A stretch of 64,000 bases of DNA from an uncultured archaeon (lineage in GTDB: Archaea > Altiarchaeota > Altiarchaeia > IMC4 > SCGC-AAA252-I15), in the NCBI GenBank assembly GCA_902384455.1, contig CABMCB010000071.1, positions 32,001 through 96,000 of the forward strand, read 5' to 3'. Positions 9,821 to 18,500 of this stretch are shown one piece after another. Each line of letters begins with the position of its first letter. Within the stretch, counting starts at the first letter, position 1. The position numbers and the translations under genes are program-made. The notes under the pieces were generated by a model. The model did no database searches and was not told the origin of the DNA. It saw only the letters and a program-made list of their open reading frames with translations.

Positions 9821-10858
9821 ATGGAAAAATCAACCGCGTTAAAAAACAAATACCTCATAGCAGGAGCACTACTCATAGGAATAGCAATCATCCTGTCAAT
9901 TGCCGCAACCACAAACACGCCCCTAACCGGGCACTCAGTTGACGCACCCAAAGAGACGCCAAAAGAAACAACCCAAGTAACAGTCGCATACCTGCCTGTC
10001 GCCCAAGTCCTGCCTCTGTCGCTCGCAATAGAAAAAGGATACTTCACGAAAGCAGGAATAAACGTGACAGCAGTAAGATTCGAGTCGCCAAACCTTCTCA
10101 TGGACGCCATAGTAGCAGGCCGCGCCGACTTCGGAGCTCCGGGAACAGCGTCGGGAATAACCGGCATCGTGGAAAGCAAGAAGCCGGGTGAACTTAAGGT
10201 CTATGAGTTCATCGGCGGAGGAGACGACGTAATAAACGACCTACTTCTTGTCCGCAAAAACAGCACACTCCAATCAATAGCCGACCTAAAGGGGAAGAAT
10301 CTTGGGATACTGCCCGGAATACAATTCCGCACCATAGCCCGTCACATCCTCGCCCAAAACAACCTGACTGCCGACAAAGACGTAGCAATAACTGAAATCG
10401 CTCCTGGTTTGCAGGTTCAGGCGCTTGCGGCAGGGCAAGTGGATGCTTTGCTTACGATTGAACCCATGGGAACGGTCGCCAAGGAAAATGGAATAGGCAA
10501 AGACCTAATCCGCTCGCCGATGGTGACATACATATCCAACCCGTGGTACGGCGCAGTGGGAGTAGTTCGCACGCAATACGCACAGGAAAATCCAGAGACG
10601 ACTAAGAAATTCATTGAAGTGTTAGCCCATGCAACAGACGAAATAAACAGCAACCCCGAGTCATCAAAGCAGTACCTGAAAGGATACGTGTCGCTCTCCG
10701 ACCAGCTGATACAGAAAACGCCTCTTCCAGTCTACAAAATGTACACGGACTTCACCAAAAAAGACGTAGACAGCTACCAGCAATTCCTAGACATATTCAC
10801 AAAGTACGGAGTAATCAACGGCACAGTCAACGCAAACAACCTCATATACAACCCATGA
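9821..10858 (+). CDS. NitT/TauT (SsuA/THI5-like) ABC substrate-binding protein
   Basis: N-terminal anchor; AIEKGYFTKAGI, SIADLKGKNLG, GQVDA. Confidence 0.88.
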   Translation: MEKSTALKNKYLIAGALLIGIAIILSIAATTNTPLTGHSVDAPKETPKETTQVTVAYLPVAQVLPLSLAIEKGYFTKAGINVTAVRFESPNLLMDAIVAGRADFGAPGTASGITGIVESKKPGELKVYEFIGGGDDVINDLLLVRKNSTLQSIADLKGKNLGILPGIQFRTIARHILAQNNLTADKDVAITEIAPGLQVQALAAGQVDALLTIEPMGTVAKENGIGKDLIRSPMVTYISNPWYGAVGVVRTQYAQENPETTKKFIEVLAHATDEINSNPESSKQYLKGYVSLSDQLIQKTPLPVYKMYTDFTKKDVDSYQQFLDIFTKYGVINGTVNANNLIYNP

Positions 10859-11595
10859 CGCCCATAACCGCCGCCAAAATACGAAAGCAATACGGCGGAA
10901 AAACAATCATACAAGACGTAACATTCACGGCGAAAAAAGGAAAAACAACCGCAATATTCGGGCCAAACGGAAGCGGAAAAACAACCCTGCTGAACATAAT
11001 AGCCGGCCTAACCCGTCCGGACGGGGGGGCAGTTGACGCGTCCTACAGTCCTTTCACTTGTAGTTACATGTTCCAGAACTATAGGGAGTCATTGCTTCCT
11101 TGGCGCGACAACTGGGGCAACCTGTCTTATCCTCTTGAAATACAGGGGAAAGATAGGCGGGAAATTAGGGAGCGCGTTGAGGAAGCGGACGGGTTTTTCA
11201 GAAAAAGAGTCGACCTGAAGAAATACCCGTATGAACTGTCCGGGGGGCAGCAGCAGCTTCTTGCGTTCATGCGCACACTCATAACCAAGCCCACGTTGCT
11301 TTTGCTTGACGAGCCGTTTTCCGCCTTAGACTACGAAGTCAACCTTTGGCTGCGCGTGAAACTCCAAGAGTACCAGCAGAAGGCGGGCGCTACGATAATT
11401 GCGGTAACCCATGACGTAGACGAAGCAGTTCACATAGCAGACGAAATAATAGTGCTATCCAAAAACCCGACGCATGTGGCGGGAACAATCCGAAACAAAA
11501 TATCCCGCCCCAGAGACGCAATCACACTAACCTCACAAAAATTCATCAAGACAAGAAAGGACGTCCTTGAATTATTCGCGAGAGAAACACAATGA
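10855..11595 (+). CDS. ABC transporter ATP-binding protein (NitT/TauT)
   Basis: GPNGSGKT, LSGGQQQ, LLLDEPFSALD, VTHD. Confidence 0.93.
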   Translation: MTPITAAKIRKQYGGKTIIQDVTFTAKKGKTTAIFGPNGSGKTTLLNIIAGLTRPDGGAVDASYSPFTCSYMFQNYRESLLPWRDNWGNLSYPLEIQGKDRREIRERVEEADGFFRKRVDLKKYPYELSGGQQQLLAFMRTLITKPTLLLLDEPFSALDYEVNLWLRVKLQEYQQKAGATIIAVTHDVDEAVHIADEIIVLSKNPTHVAGTIRNKISRPRDAITLTSQKFIKTRKDVLELFARETQ

Positions 11596-12332
11596 AACAA
11601 ATCATAGGGGGCGTCCTCATAATCCTAATTGCGTGGTCGCTCACAAGCCACTACAGACTAATAGACCCCTTTTTCCTACCTCCTCCAACTGAAACAATAA
11701 AAGAACTAATCAACCTGGCAACATCAGGAACAATAATGCCAGACGTAGCATCCACGCTCACAAAAACCCTGACGGCATTCCTAATCGCCGCGTTAGTAGG
11801 CATACCCGCCGGCCTACTAATTGGCAATTGCGAACGCATATACCGCACCCTAGACTTCCCAATAGACTTCTTCAGGTCAACGCCACCCACAGCACTATTC
11901 CCCCTATTCCTACTTGCCTTCGGAATAAGCGACGCACCCAAAATAGCGGCCGCAGCCTTCGGCGGGTTGCTGATAATAACATTCAACACCGCCTACGGCG
12001 TAATCAACGCAAACAAAGCGAGGATAAAGGCGGCCAAGCTCATGGGCGCTTCAGGCATCAAAATTTTCACTTCGATACTTTTGTGGGAAACGCTCCCGCA
12101 AACTATAGTGGGATTGAGGAGCGCAATAAGCCTGTCTCTCATAGTCATCATTGTCACTGAAATGTTCATAGGAACACAACACGGATTAGGGCGCCGGATA
12201 ATAGACAGCCAAATAACATACAATACGGCGGCGCTTTACGCAACAATACTTGCGACTGGAATACTGGGGTACCTGCTGAATCAAATATTGCGCCAAGTCG
12301 AAAGGAGATTCGCGTATTGGACGGTGAAATAA
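11592..12332 (+). CDS. ABC transporter permease (SsuC/TauC-like)
   Basis: Six TM segments; FLPPP, RSTPP, AAKLMGAS, EM...GLG. Confidence 0.92.
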   Translation: MKQIIGGVLIILIAWSLTSHYRLIDPFFLPPPTETIKELINLATSGTIMPDVASTLTKTLTAFLIAALVGIPAGLLIGNCERIYRTLDFPIDFFRSTPPTALFPLFLLAFGISDAPKIAAAAFGGLLIITFNTAYGVINANKARIKAAKLMGASGIKIFTSILLWETLPQTIVGLRSAISLSLIVIIVTEMFIGTQHGLGRRIIDSQITYNTAALYATILATGILGYLLNQILRQVERRFAYWTVK

Positions 12333-12337
12333 AATAC

Positions 12338-13210
12338 TCAGGCGAATTGAATCGGTACGTCAATGAGATTCCATCCAGTGTAAAGTGTCTTAAAGTATTC
12401 GCTTCCGCTGCTGCTGTTGCACGCAAAAGTGCATCCGGTTGATTCTCCGGTGTCGGTCCAAGTTGAAACTAAGTCGCATCTGTTGTTGTCGCCTGTGTTG
12501 CTGTCGTCGTCTGATATGTCAAGCCAGGTGAACGACGCCCTGTTGTTGTAGCAGAACCTGTTGTCGTTTAAGGTGTTTCCGGCAGACGCGGCGTTGCTGA
12601 ACGCCATCCCATGATACATGTTGTAGTTGGCTCTGTTCCTCGAAACCGAGTTGCCTACCGACTGCCCCCCCAGCAGAGAATAAATGAATATCCCATAGTT
12701 ATTGTAGTCCGCAGTGTTGTTTATCAACTGATTGTACGACGAATCCCTCAAGTAAATCCCGTAGTTGGTGTTATTGTCGAATCTGCAGTTGATCACCGAA
12801 GAATTCTCAACCCCCAAAAAACCCACTCCATAAAAAAACCCATGAACAACGCAATTCATAATAGTCACATTGTTAGCCGCAATAACCATTATCCCGTAAT
12901 TTGGGCCACCGTTCAAAACGTTATTCTGGCAATCAAAAAACAAATTACTGAAACCAAACGGCCAGCTTATGCACGTGCCAGAATAGTTGTTAACCGGCAC
13001 AGTACCAGCGTACCTGACGCCCCTCCCGCAGGGGCCAGTATCCCCCAAGGCCATGGAACAGTCCACACAAGCGTCAGTTGCGTTTCCCCCAAGCGTAGTC
13101 AAACCGTTTCCGCATATGCAGACGCCCGACCCCGCAGAAGAATACGCTCCCACAAAGCCGGAAGCTGAAATGAGCAGAAGCAAAGCCGAAAAAATAACCC
13201 AACCTTTCAT
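12338..13210 (-). CDS. Secreted NosD/CASH beta-helix protein with C-terminal GWNLI tail
   Basis: Signal peptide; YGIYLRDSSYNQLINN repeats; ends YFKTLYTGWNLIDVPIQFA. Confidence 0.82.
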   Translation of the reverse strand: MKGWVIFSALLLLISASGFVGAYSSAGSGVCICGNGLTTLGGNATDACVDCSMALGDTGPCGRGVRYAGTVPVNNYSGTCISWPFGFSNLFFDCQNNVLNGGPNYGIMVIAANNVTIMNCVVHGFFYGVGFLGVENSSVINCRFDNNTNYGIYLRDSSYNQLINNTADYNNYGIFIYSLLGGQSVGNSVSRNRANYNMYHGMAFSNAASAGNTLNDNRFCYNNRASFTWLDISDDDSNTGDNNRCDLVSTWTDTGESTGCTFACNSSSGSEYFKTLYTGWNLIDVPIQFA

Positions 13211-13270
13211 AAACTCCCCCGAAAATACTTAAGAGTGCAAATAAAAATGCAGCAACAAACCCGTTCCCGC

Positions 13271-14263
13271 ATGAAAACATATCTTGTGCCCGCAGTAATC
13301 GCATTAACTCTTCTTTCCGCAGGATGCCAAAATGCCACACAAACGCCAGATAACAACGAAACTATCCCCTACGCAATTCTCTCGACTCAACCGTACAACA
13401 ACAGCCTATGCGGAGGAACAGGATTCCACTACGAAGAGGGCGGAGTAAAAACTGGGTTAAGGCTTATCATTAAAGACGCAGAAACCCAAGAAAACTTCAC
13501 TGGGCGGGCGAAAGTAACTTTATCGGACTCGTCCCAAGGAAGCATCTTCGCGGGAGAATCCTACTCATGCGACGAAGGGTTGCGTCCCCAAAGTGAAGTG
13601 CTGTCAGTATACGCGCAAGGTTACTCTCCTGCAGTATTTGCGTTCCCAATTACTGAAAACCAGCTTGCGGACGTGGAAGTGAGCCTGCAAAAAAGCTGCA
13701 CGCAAGGACTAACTTGCCTTAAGGACACGGAAGAAAGCATGCGTCTTGAACTCGCAGGGAACAAAACTGAAGCCCAAATAGCACGCGAAAACACAAAGCA
13801 ATACTTCGAAAACATCCTGCTGGAAAACTTCGGCATAAACCCCGCGGAAATCCAACTTACCTGCGCGGAATGCGACATGGGACGCGGAGGATACATCAAA
13901 GCAGCAGGCACAATCGGAAACGCCACATTCACCCTATACCGCAGAACCGGCTGGTGCAGAACAGGAGGAGGAGACTGCGGAAACACAATCTGCCTGACCA
14001 CCAACTCAGACGAACTAATACAAAAAGCAGAAAACAAAATCTGCCCCAACATATACTCCCTAAACCAAACCGAAGTCAACACTGAAGAAGGCGTATACAC
14101 AGTAGTACCAGTATCAGACACGACAAACCAGACCCGCGTAAACTGCCTCACAGGAGCATACACAACAACAAACGGCGACACAAAAACACTCGCACTAATC
14201 CAAGAAGCCAACAGATACAACAGCGCCGTAAAACCCCTAACAGCAAACTGCATAGAACAATGA
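13271..14263 (+). CDS. Cys-rich putative lipoprotein
   Basis: MKTYLVPAVIALTLLSAGC lipobox. Confidence 0.7.
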   Translation: MKTYLVPAVIALTLLSAGCQNATQTPDNNETIPYAILSTQPYNNSLCGGTGFHYEEGGVKTGLRLIIKDAETQENFTGRAKVTLSDSSQGSIFAGESYSCDEGLRPQSEVLSVYAQGYSPAVFAFPITENQLADVEVSLQKSCTQGLTCLKDTEESMRLELAGNKTEAQIARENTKQYFENILLENFGINPAEIQLTCAECDMGRGGYIKAAGTIGNATFTLYRRTGWCRTGGGDCGNTICLTTNSDELIQKAENKICPNIYSLNQTEVNTEEGVYTVVPVSDTTNQTRVNCLTGAYTTTNGDTKTLALIQEANRYNSAVKPLTANCIEQ

Positions 14264-14700
14264 TAAAAATAATAGCCGTAGGCCGACTCAAAGAACCCCA
14301 CTACCAACAGGCGGAGGCCGAATACTATAAGCGGCTTAGGAAGATTGAAGTTTTGGAAATCAAAGAATCTTCAGACAAAAACCCGGAAGTCGCCATAAAA
14401 AAGGAGGCCCGGGAAATCCAAAGTAAAATAAGCGCATCAAGCGACCAGCAAATTATTGCCCTCGAAGCAAGCGGAAAACAAGTGTCTTCCGAAGAATTCG
14501 CCAAACTAATCGCGAAAAAACAAGACACCACCTTCCTAATAGGCGGACCATACGGCCACACACAAGACACGCTCAAAAAAGCCGACTACGTCTTAAGCTT
14601 ATCTCAAATGACTTTTCCTCACCAACTGGCTAGAGTAATCCTCGCAGAGCAAATATACCGGGCACACACAATACAGGCGGGAAAAGAATACCACAAGTAA
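14260..14700 (+). CDS. rlmH: 23S rRNA pseudouridine-1915 N3-methyltransferase (SPOUT)
   Basis: IKIIAVGRLKE, FLIGGPYG, SLSQMTFPHQLARVILAEQIYRA, YHK. Confidence 0.95.
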   Translation: MIKIIAVGRLKEPHYQQAEAEYYKRLRKIEVLEIKESSDKNPEVAIKKEAREIQSKISASSDQQIIALEASGKQVSSEEFAKLIAKKQDTTFLIGGPYGHTQDTLKKADYVLSLSQMTFPHQLARVILAEQIYRAHTIQAGKEYHK

Positions 14701-14720
14701 AACCGAGCTAGTGCCTACAC

Positions 14721-16034
14721 CTAGATTACCTGCGGAATCGAAATCAAATTCCAGTCGGAGAACATCGGCATCCAGAAGTTTCCTATAGTGGTAGTCGTTG
14801 TCGTCGTAGTGGTTGTGGTTGTTGTCGTCGTTGTGGTAGTCGTTGTTGTCGTCTCGGATTCAAGTGTTCCTAAAGCATAAACCCTTCCTAGTCCGCTCGA
14901 AACAAAATACAGTACTCCATTCGCGACGGCTGGGGAGGTGGCTATGCCGTCGTATGCGTCGTAATTCCATATTAAACTCCCTGTAGATGCATTCAGCGCG
15001 TAAAGAATGTTATCTCCGGAACCTACATAAACCACGTCGTTAGAAATCGCCGGGGAGGTGGAGACGCTGTTTCCTGTCGTATAATTCCATACCAGCGCTC
15101 CCGTAGACGCATTCAAAGAATATACGTTGTAGTCCCACGCGCCAAAATACACTTTCCCGTATGCGGCTGCAGGCGAAGAATACAGGCATTGAGCGTCAAT
15201 CTTGTAACTCCACAATACCGCACCATTAGATGCGTTTAACGCATAGAAATTACTGTCATTTGACATCCACACGCAGACATACACCCTACCGTACGCGACA
15301 GCAGGGGAAGACTCGACCACGGCATTAAGCACCAAAGAATTCCAAATTTTCACCCCCGTAGACGCATTCAAGGCATACACCATACCATCCCACGAACCAA
15401 TATACACCACTCCACCCACAACAGCAGGAGAAGAGTCCACATAATGGCCAGTAGTGTAATTCCACACATGCTTTCCCGTCGAAGCATTCAAAGCATAGAC
15501 CCTACGATTGTTCGAACCGAAATACACAATCCCGCCAGCGACAGCAGGCGAAGAATCTATTCCCCCATCAACAGTGTAATAATCCCCCGTAGAATAATTC
15601 CAAACCAACCCCCCAGTCGAAGCATTCAAAGCATAAAACTCGTTATCCCGCGTACCAACGTACACAATCCCGCCAGCGACAGCAGGCGAAGACATTATGG
15701 TATCAACAAACACAGTCGAAAAATTCCACAAATACTCCCCAGTAGACGCATTAAACGCATAAACCCCGCTCCCATAATCCGGCTCCCAAGGAAAAGCCTC
15801 ATAAATACCCGCATACACCACGCCGCCCGCAACCGCAGGACTAGACGACCGACCCGCCATACTCAAATCAGTCGTATAATTCCAAAACGAAACATTACTC
15901 AAAGGACCCACACTCCCCGTAAAACCAGTATGATTCAAGTCACAACGAAACATCGGCCAATCCTCCGCCGAAACAAAACCGACCAAAGAAAACAAAACAA
16001 GAAATACGGCAAATCTCCCGTCCATACCAAACAA
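14721..16034 (-). CDS. Secreted PQQ-type beta-propeller repeat protein with poly-Thr linker and WNLISIP tail
   Basis: DWPMFR..L.HTG start; repeated SSPAVAGGIVY.G..D...YALNASTG..WNY; about 22 Thr; ends MFSDWNLISIPQVI. Confidence 0.9.
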   Translation of the reverse strand: MFGMDGRFAVFLVLFSLVGFVSAEDWPMFRCDLNHTGFTGSVGPLSNVSFWNYTTDLSMAGRSSSPAVAGGVVYAGIYEAFPWEPDYGSGVYAFNASTGEYLWNFSTVFVDTIMSSPAVAGGIVYVGTRDNEFYALNASTGGLVWNYSTGDYYTVDGGIDSSPAVAGGIVYFGSNNRRVYALNASTGKHVWNYTTGHYVDSSPAVVGGVVYIGSWDGMVYALNASTGVKIWNSLVLNAVVESSPAVAYGRVYVCVWMSNDSNFYALNASNGAVLWSYKIDAQCLYSSPAAAYGKVYFGAWDYNVYSLNASTGALVWNYTTGNSVSTSPAISNDVVYVGSGDNILYALNASTGSLIWNYDAYDGIATSPAVANGVLYFVSSGLGRVYALGTLESETTTTTTTTTTTTTTTTTTTTTTIGNFWMPMFSDWNLISIPQVI

Positions 16035-16106
16035 CCATTAAACCAACCAACAAATAAACCCCCCAAAATCAAACTCTTATCTCAGCAACGCGTATTCTCC
16101 TACCAC

Positions 16107-17042
16107 ATGCTTAAGGAAAACGACGCACAACAAGGAAATCAAACGCCCTTCCCAACAGTATACGCCATAGACTACCCTTGGAAGACCCCCGCCTTACTTA
16201 AACTCCCGGAAACCGAATTGAACGCCTGGTTCGATAACATGGAAGCAGGCAGAGACCTGTCCGTAAACGACATCCGACTAAAATACATCGCAGGAAGAAC
16301 AGTCCACTTATTCCGCATGACCCCGCAAACCCTCTACCTGCCAGACGGAACAAAAAGACGCCTCCCCTACACCCCAGACACCCAACAGCCCATGCTAGAC
16401 CCGCAAGACGAAATCATAAGCGTACTGCAAGCACACGTAAAAAACGGAGACATACCCGTACTAGAACTAGGAACACCCCGGCAACACATAGAAAACATGG
16501 TCAGACGACAATTCACGCTAATGGAAACATTCGGAGTAGAACGGCACGGAAGCTTCGAAGACGTACTCGGAACACTACACCACAGACAATACGACACCAA
16601 AGTAGACGTAGTAGTATCATTCGACCAATGCATAAAAGACCCGGAAGGAAACCTATACCCAAAACTATTCATGGAAGTAAACGCATACGGCGCACCAAAC
16701 AACCAACAATACATAAACTACCACACCCACGCCGGCGTAAACAACACATACCCCTCCGCAGGAGACGTACTATGGATGGAATCCCAAAAAAGAACCTCAA
16801 TAACAATAGGCACACTAGAAAACCCAGAAACATACCGAATAACCGAATGGAAACTCAAAAAAGGCCTACAAACATTAATGCCCCAAATCACAACACCCGG
16901 CCAAAGAACAGAAAACCCCTACGGCTGGTACCAAGGAGACCAACTACGCGAAATCATAGACCAAACATTCGACAGACGCGACTACCTACTAACCAGAAAA
17001 AACGGCCACACAACAATAACAGAAACAAACCCCACAAACTAG
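16107..17042 (+). CDS. Hypothetical protein with JAB/MPN-like metalloprotease motif
   Basis: YHTHAGVNNTYPSAGD; start set at MLKENDAQ because the upstream extension overlaps the PQQ gene. Confidence 0.6.
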   Translation: MLKENDAQQGNQTPFPTVYAIDYPWKTPALLKLPETELNAWFDNMEAGRDLSVNDIRLKYIAGRTVHLFRMTPQTLYLPDGTKRRLPYTPDTQQPMLDPQDEIISVLQAHVKNGDIPVLELGTPRQHIENMVRRQFTLMETFGVERHGSFEDVLGTLHHRQYDTKVDVVVSFDQCIKDPEGNLYPKLFMEVNAYGAPNNQQYINYHTHAGVNNTYPSAGDVLWMESQKRTSITIGTLENPETYRITEWKLKKGLQTLMPQITTPGQRTENPYGWYQGDQLREIIDQTFDRRDYLLTRKNGHTTITETNPTN

Positions 17043-17056
17043 AAAAATAGAAAAGG

Positions 17057-17072
17057 TGGGGCCGGGGGGATT
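17057..17072 (-). repeat. 16-bp direct repeat of tRNA-Trp 3' end (att-like)
   Basis: tggggccggggggatt identical to 17679-17694. Confidence 0.8.
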
Positions 17073-17160
17073 AACACCAACCTTTTTCTTTTTGCGAAAA
17101 AGAAAACGCTGACGAAAAAAATATCTGTCCCTTATATTCAGTACTTCTACAATACCTATC

Positions 17161-17673
17161 ATGGAAAAAATATTCTCCTTTTTACCTATTGCTTTTGCTC
17201 TTATCGCCATTAGCTGTATAATGGTATACTCTCCTCTTTCAAAGGATAAGCAACAAGAATTGGACGGAAAAGTATTTTCTGCTATGCTTGTTATGATAAC
17301 CGTTCTATCTGCTTTTTTCATTCTATTCTTACAAAAAAGAGAGGAAATATCAAAAGTAGTCTCAAGCTTTGACGAAAAAAAGAAAGAGACTATAGAACAT
17401 TTTTTTGAAACAGTACAACCAGAACATCGCTTAGGCTCCAAAGCATATAGTGATTTAGCCGATTCTCTTACCGAGATAGAATACCTCCAAGGAAAGTGTA
17501 TGTTACTCCAACAAACAACTTATCCTATCCTTATACTCCTCATGAGCCTAATCCTCACCATTTTCTTTTCACAATTTCAACTGCTTTCAATATTGGCCCT
17601 AATCTATTCCATCCATCAAATGTTTTTGATCTTAGTTATTATCGTTTCTCAAAAACTTTTTATTCATAAATAA
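17161..17673 (+). CDS. AT-rich hypothetical membrane protein (about 4 TM) in tRNA-Trp islet
   Basis: 170 aa, visibly lower GC than flanks, between tRNA-Trp and its 3' duplicate. Confidence 0.7.
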   Translation: MEKIFSFLPIAFALIAISCIMVYSPLSKDKQQELDGKVFSAMLVMITVLSAFFILFLQKREEISKVVSSFDEKKKETIEHFFETVQPEHRLGSKAYSDLADSLTEIEYLQGKCMLLQQTTYPILILLMSLILTIFFSQFQLLSILALIYSIHQMFLILVIIVSQKLFIHK

Positions 17674-17678
17674 ATGTT

Positions 17679-17906
17679 TGGGGCCGGGGGGATTTGAACC
17701 CCCGTCAGCAGGTCACTTCGGCTTTTTGGTTGGTTTCCTTTTTGAAGGCATTGAATACTTGTGGTATTCTTCCTCTGACCCTGTTTTTCGTCATCAAACC
17801 CAATGTTGGGTTCTCAGCGCTCCAAACATATTTGGCTTCCGGCCGAATTGTTTCGGTCGTTTTTGCCGCTGGAGCCCGCCAGGATGCCAGGTTACCCCAC
17901 AGCCCC
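17679..17906 (-). tRNA. trnW: tRNA-Trp(CCA) with 155-nt intron at 37/38 (17714-17868)
   Basis: GGGGCTG/CGGCCCC acceptor stem; GCGGG-CT-CCA-G|intron|A-CCTGC; GGTTCAAATCC T arm. Confidence 0.93.
17714..17868 (-). ncRNA. Intron-encoded box C/D guide RNA (Cm34 of tRNA-Trp)
   Basis: Guide TGTTTGGAGCG-CTGA(D')-stem AACCCAA/TTGGGTT-TGATGA(C'); the N+5 rule hits C34. Confidence 0.75.
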
Positions 17907-17976
17907 ATTTGGGAACGTTTATTATGGGCGTTTTCACTATATAACGTTTGTTTTAGGTTTTTGTGGGGGTGATTTG

Positions 17977-18492
17977 ATGGTGGAGTGCGAGTTGTGCGGT
18001 AAGGGTTTTATGGAGGGGTTTAAGGTTAAGGTTGAGGGTAGTTTGGTGAATTCTTGCGCTGCTTGCGCGAGTATTGGTGTTGTGGTTTCTGAGGTTAGCG
18101 ACCGAGGCAAGCCGAAGTTGAAGTCTGCGGCGGTTGAGGTTCAGTCGGCGCAGGCTGTTAAGCATGCTGTTCTCATTGAGGTTCCTGATGAGCCGGAGTT
18201 GGTTGAGGATTATGGCGGAGTCATTAGGCGTGCGCGGGAGAAGAGGGGTTTGAAGCAGAAGGATTTCGGGCGTCTTATTAATGAGCCTGAGAGTTTGGTT
18301 CACAGGATTGAGTCGGGTCATATTCCTCCTTCGCCTTCTGTTGCCGCTAAAATAATCAAGGCGCTTGGTGTCAGGTTGTATGCTTCGTCTAAGGACGAGG
18401 ATAAGCCGCAGGGAGGTAAGGGTCAGATTCCTAAGGATGTGACGTTGGGCGACTTGGTCGTCATACGGCGTAAGGGCGACAAGCAGAAGTAG
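17977..18492 (+). CDS. mbf1: Archaeal multiprotein bridging factor aMBF1
   Basis: CELCG...CAAC zinc ribbon; ELVEDYG..IRRARE HTH; TLGD. Confidence 0.92.
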   Translation: MVECELCGKGFMEGFKVKVEGSLVNSCAACASIGVVVSEVSDRGKPKLKSAAVEVQSAQAVKHAVLIEVPDEPELVEDYGGVIRRAREKRGLKQKDFGRLINEPESLVHRIESGHIPPSPSVAAKIIKALGVRLYASSKDEDKPQGGKGQIPKDVTLGDLVVIRRKGDKQK

Positions 18493-18500
18493 GTGTTTTA

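Noticed and set aside
14788-14853. Possible microsatellite or phase-variable tract
   Set aside because: Mixed ACN codons encode a poly-Thr linker, not a pure repeat.
15444-16106. N-terminal extension of the 532-aa ORF
   Set aside because: It is the antisense shadow of the repetitive PQQ gene; the plausible start is 16107.
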